DNA of 64,000 nt from Cystobasidiomycetes sp. EMM_F5. Taxonomy: Eukaryota. Below the pieces are notes generated by a model, which made no database searches, was not told the DNA's origin, and saw nothing but the letters and a program-made list of their open reading frames with translations. This document shows positions 61,538 to 64,000 of this stretch, one piece after another; the first letter of the stretch is position 1, and each line of letters begins with the position of its first letter. The DNA is taken from NCBI GenBank assembly GCA_051047955.1, contig JBPGPT010000002.1:1116001-1180000 (forward strand). The letters run 5' to 3'. The position numbers and the translations under genes were made by a program.

Positions 61538-61793
61538 TCAGTCTAGCATGCATGGTTCGGAAGTCTCCATCACCAAGATCAGACCTTGTTTAACTGGCAC
61601 ATCCACCTATGCTATATGATCATACTGAACTATCTGCTAACATATTGCAGCATATTGGCCAAATGTAGTGACTATCTCACGAAAACAGACAATACCAAAT
61701 ATATAAATGATCATCAACATTGACTTTATACTCAGCTTCTACATAGCATCGGTACTGTGACTGCCGGTACCTGAGTAGATATTCTGCTGAGAC

Positions 61794-64000
61794 TTACTCA
61801 TCCTCTTCTTCCTCTTCTTCGACGATTGCAGCCCGCTTGAACGACGGACCTTTTGCGGCACCTCCGGCCTTGCGGATTGTACCGTTTGAGGGATTGGGCA
61901 TAGCGCAATCTGTACGTTGTCCGCTCAGAGCAGCATACCTCCCTTCTCCGAAAGCTGGCGTAGGCGACTGGCCAGGGTCAAAGGATTCTCGACCCCCGGC
62001 CCGCTTCGCATGTGAGCTGACGGACGCGGTGTCCGTGCCCAATTGCCCAAAACCACCCGTGTATGTTACTTTCTCGTCAACCCATTCCCCTTCGCCATCA
62101 GGATCTTTATCGCGAAAGACATCACGAATAGGACCATGTAAGTTTTGGGACGAGGTGCGCTTGTGGGAATGAGAAAAGTGGGCTCCATTAGGCGTACCGA
62201 ATGGATTTACCACCTTGTGCGCAGCAAAGAGAGTGGGGTGGTGTGCGCCAGACACCGTGTGATGACGCGAGTGCCCGGTTGTAATTAGATTGCCCATCGC
62301 ACTGGTCGAGCTACTGCGACTGTGAGCTTGGCTATGCGTATGTCGCCGTCGCCCATTGCCATTAGAATCGCCAGACTGACGTCGAGACAAACTGGGCTTA
62401 AGAGCGGTATCGGATATTGCGTTGTCTTGAACTCCCGATAGTTTGTGTAGCGCTTGATGACGCTCAGACTCTACAGAGGCGTCAAGAGTCTCATTCTCCT
62501 CGGCAATTGTCGAAGGTTCCGCGTCCGGAGCCTCCGAGATTGACGATTGCCGGGAGCCGGCACTGTGTACTGATGATGCATTCGAATGTGAACGCGAATG
62601 CGCGCTTCTCATCCTTGTGCTGTGTGAGGGTCCAATCCTTCGCACTTGCGTTACAGCAGGGGTCCTCCTGAAGGCTGCAACGGGAGATCCGCTCAACATT
62701 GTGGAGTGGCGTGACGTTGTAGAACCAGACGAGCCGGCTCTGACGTGGCGCGATCTTGGCAGAATTGCTGGAAGCGAGCTGCTTTGACCTACAGCTGCCG
62801 AAGCAAGCTGGTGTGAGAGGCTAGAAATATCTCGATCTTTCTCCTCCGATGTTCTCACGTCAGTTGCACTACCTATCGACTTTCGACTCGCGTCACTGCG
62901 ACGCCTTCGTTGCACAACCAGCGGTGAGACGCCGCCACTTTGCCCAATGCGCCGTGCTGAGGCAGAGGAGTTGCGCCTAGATGGACCTGAAGACGTCGGG
63001 CCATTTGAAGGTATACGCGATAAAGGCGGTCTCTGCAGCGGATGTGGTGATGGTATGACGGCTCGCCTGGTCAACGTGGCTTGATTTGCGACGGCACGAT
63101 CATGGTTCTCTTGGCCAAAAGGAACAGTTGACACCCTTTGACGCTTCTGCTTTCGCCGATCATCATTGAACCACATTTTGAAATTCGAGAATAGGCCTTT
63201 AGATGCACGATGTTCTTTTGTGGAGGAGGACACCGAAGTGTCTAAAGATTTACCGGGCAATGACGGCGATGACCTATCGGCATTCGCGGAAGCTGTTGCC
63301 GATTTTGATAACGATGCCTCCAGACTATCATCGGCATTCAACGACTGACGTTCGGTTTTGTTTGCAAATCCACTTTCAGGCAAAGCTGCGGACGCGGATT
63401 CTTTGACTACTTCGTCACGTTTTGCCTTCTCGGCCGAAATTCCAGCGCTCGTCGTATCGTTTTCAGTCTTTAAGACTGGTGCTGTTGCATTGGCTCCCGT
63501 GCCTTTGACTGCCCAAGAGGGTTGCAGCAGATCTTTCGACTTTTTCGTCACTAGCGGCGGCTTATCTTGCTGAACAGACCCGCCTGATGGTTTCCGACTA
63601 AAGAAAGCAGAGGCGAACGTGCTAGAGGAGAGCCTGGCTTGATCGCCGGTGGTAGGCGGACTATCGCCCGGTCGCAGTGTCTTTGAAACGCCTAAAGCCG
63701 AGCTTGCGCGAGCCAGCATGCTGACTGTATTGACTGAGGCACTTCTTGGTCTGCCAGGACTTTTCGATGGCGATGATGGTCCGCTTGATACGGACGAGGA
63801 TAGAGTCGTATTGAGCTTCGTAGCACTCGCCATGGTTTGTCGCCGTTTTCCTTCATTTGCTGAAATGTTGTTATCGCTGGGTGATGCGCTGAGGGTGAGC
63901 AGTGGATTTGCAGAATCGTTGATGGCCATAGAGGGAGCAGAGACAGAGGAAAACCTAGCCGCGTTTGCCGATACAATACGCAACTGTCTCGGAGATGGCG
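61794..64000 (-). CDS. C-terminal low-complexity region of a large protein, possibly a CAMKL-type Ser/Thr kinase; 5' part lies outside the window
   Basis: Frame open for more than 2.2 kb to the window edge; S/R-rich with FKMWFNDDRRKQKR, EWVDE and a terminal AIVEEEEEEDE*. The kinase call rests on recalled tail motifs only; no kinase domain is in the window. Confidence 0.55.
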   Translation of the reverse strand, partial: PSPRQLRIVSANAARFSSVSAPSMAINDSANPLLTLSASPSDNNISANEGKRRQTMASATKLNTTLSSSVSSGPSSPSKSPGRPRSASVNTVSMLARASSALGVSKTLRPGDSPPTTGDQARLSSSTFASAFFSRKPSGGSVQQDKPPLVTKKSKDLLQPSWAVKGTGANATAPVLKTENDTTSAGISAEKAKRDEVVKESASAALPESGFANKTERQSLNADDSLEASLSKSATASANADRSSPSLPGKSLDTSVSSSTKEHRASKGLFSNFKMWFNDDRRKQKRQRVSTVPFGQENHDRAVANQATLTRRAVIPSPHPLQRPPLSRIPSNGPTSSGPSRRNSSASARRIGQSGGVSPLVVQRRRRSDASRKSIGSATDVRTSEEKDRDISSLSHQLASAAVGQSSSLPAILPRSRHVRAGSSGSTTSRHSTMLSGSPVAAFRRTPAVTQVRRIGPSHSTRMRSAHSRSHSNASSVHSAGSRQSSISEAPDAEPSTIAEENETLDASVESERHQALHKLSGVQDNAISDTALKPSLSRRQSGDSNGNGRRRHTHSQAHSRSSSTSAMGNLITTGHSRHHTVSGAHHPTLFAAHKVVNPFGTPNGAHFSHSHKRTSSQNLHGPIRDVFRDKDPDGEGEWVDEKVTYTGGFGQLGTDTASVSSHAKRAGGRESFDPGQSPTPAFGEGRYAALSGQRTDCAMPNPSNGTIRKAGGAAKGPSFKRAAIVEEEEEEDE

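Noticed and set aside
1..64000. rRNA, tRNA, CRISPR arrays, telomeric repeats or a secondary-metabolite gene cluster
   Set aside because: None recognised by eye. EGT1, DUF4188 and the acyltransferase-like gene are dispersed among housekeeping genes with no backbone synthase. tRNAscan or Infernal would be needed to formally exclude small RNAs.

Overview
This is eukaryotic, intron-rich fungal genomic DNA. Short GT-AG introns with CTRAY-type branch points, very compact intergenic spacers and the gene content suggest a basidiomycete yeast-like fungus (inference). I reconstructed about 31 spliced protein-coding genes by hand: plasma-membrane H+-ATPase (partial), Sfh5-like Sec14 protein, Urg1-type GTP cyclohydrolase II-like protein, a stand-alone VWA protein, a large Zn2Cys6 transcription factor, UBE2W-type E2, Nha1-type Na+/H+ antiporter, DNAJC7-type TPR/J protein, a DDE-less CENP-B/pogo-type HTH protein, HMCES/SRAP, UPF0390, RPT2, DUF4188 monooxygenase-like, Hua1-like, DHFR, acyl-protein thioesterase, TM-RING E3, two GPI-type surface proteins, ergothioneine synthase Egt1, ARL8, a truncated SMP-domain gene, Cdc25-type RasGEF, a degenerate siderophore-type acyltransferase, Bet1 SNARE, the tail of a probable kinase and a few hypothetical genes. 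I saw no rRNA, tRNA, CRISPR array or intact transposon. The most striking signal is a 569-nt intron that splits the Zn2Cys6 DNA-binding motif. It has no AG dinucleotide for about 557 nt, a consensus branch point near its 5' end and tiled hairpins, and two shorter introns in the window share this layout. Other highlights are a hidden five-exon Zn2Cys6 plus Tudor/SH3-like mini-gene directly behind EGT1 and a 3-nt microexon in ARL8. All exon boundaries were read by eye without RNA data or database searches.
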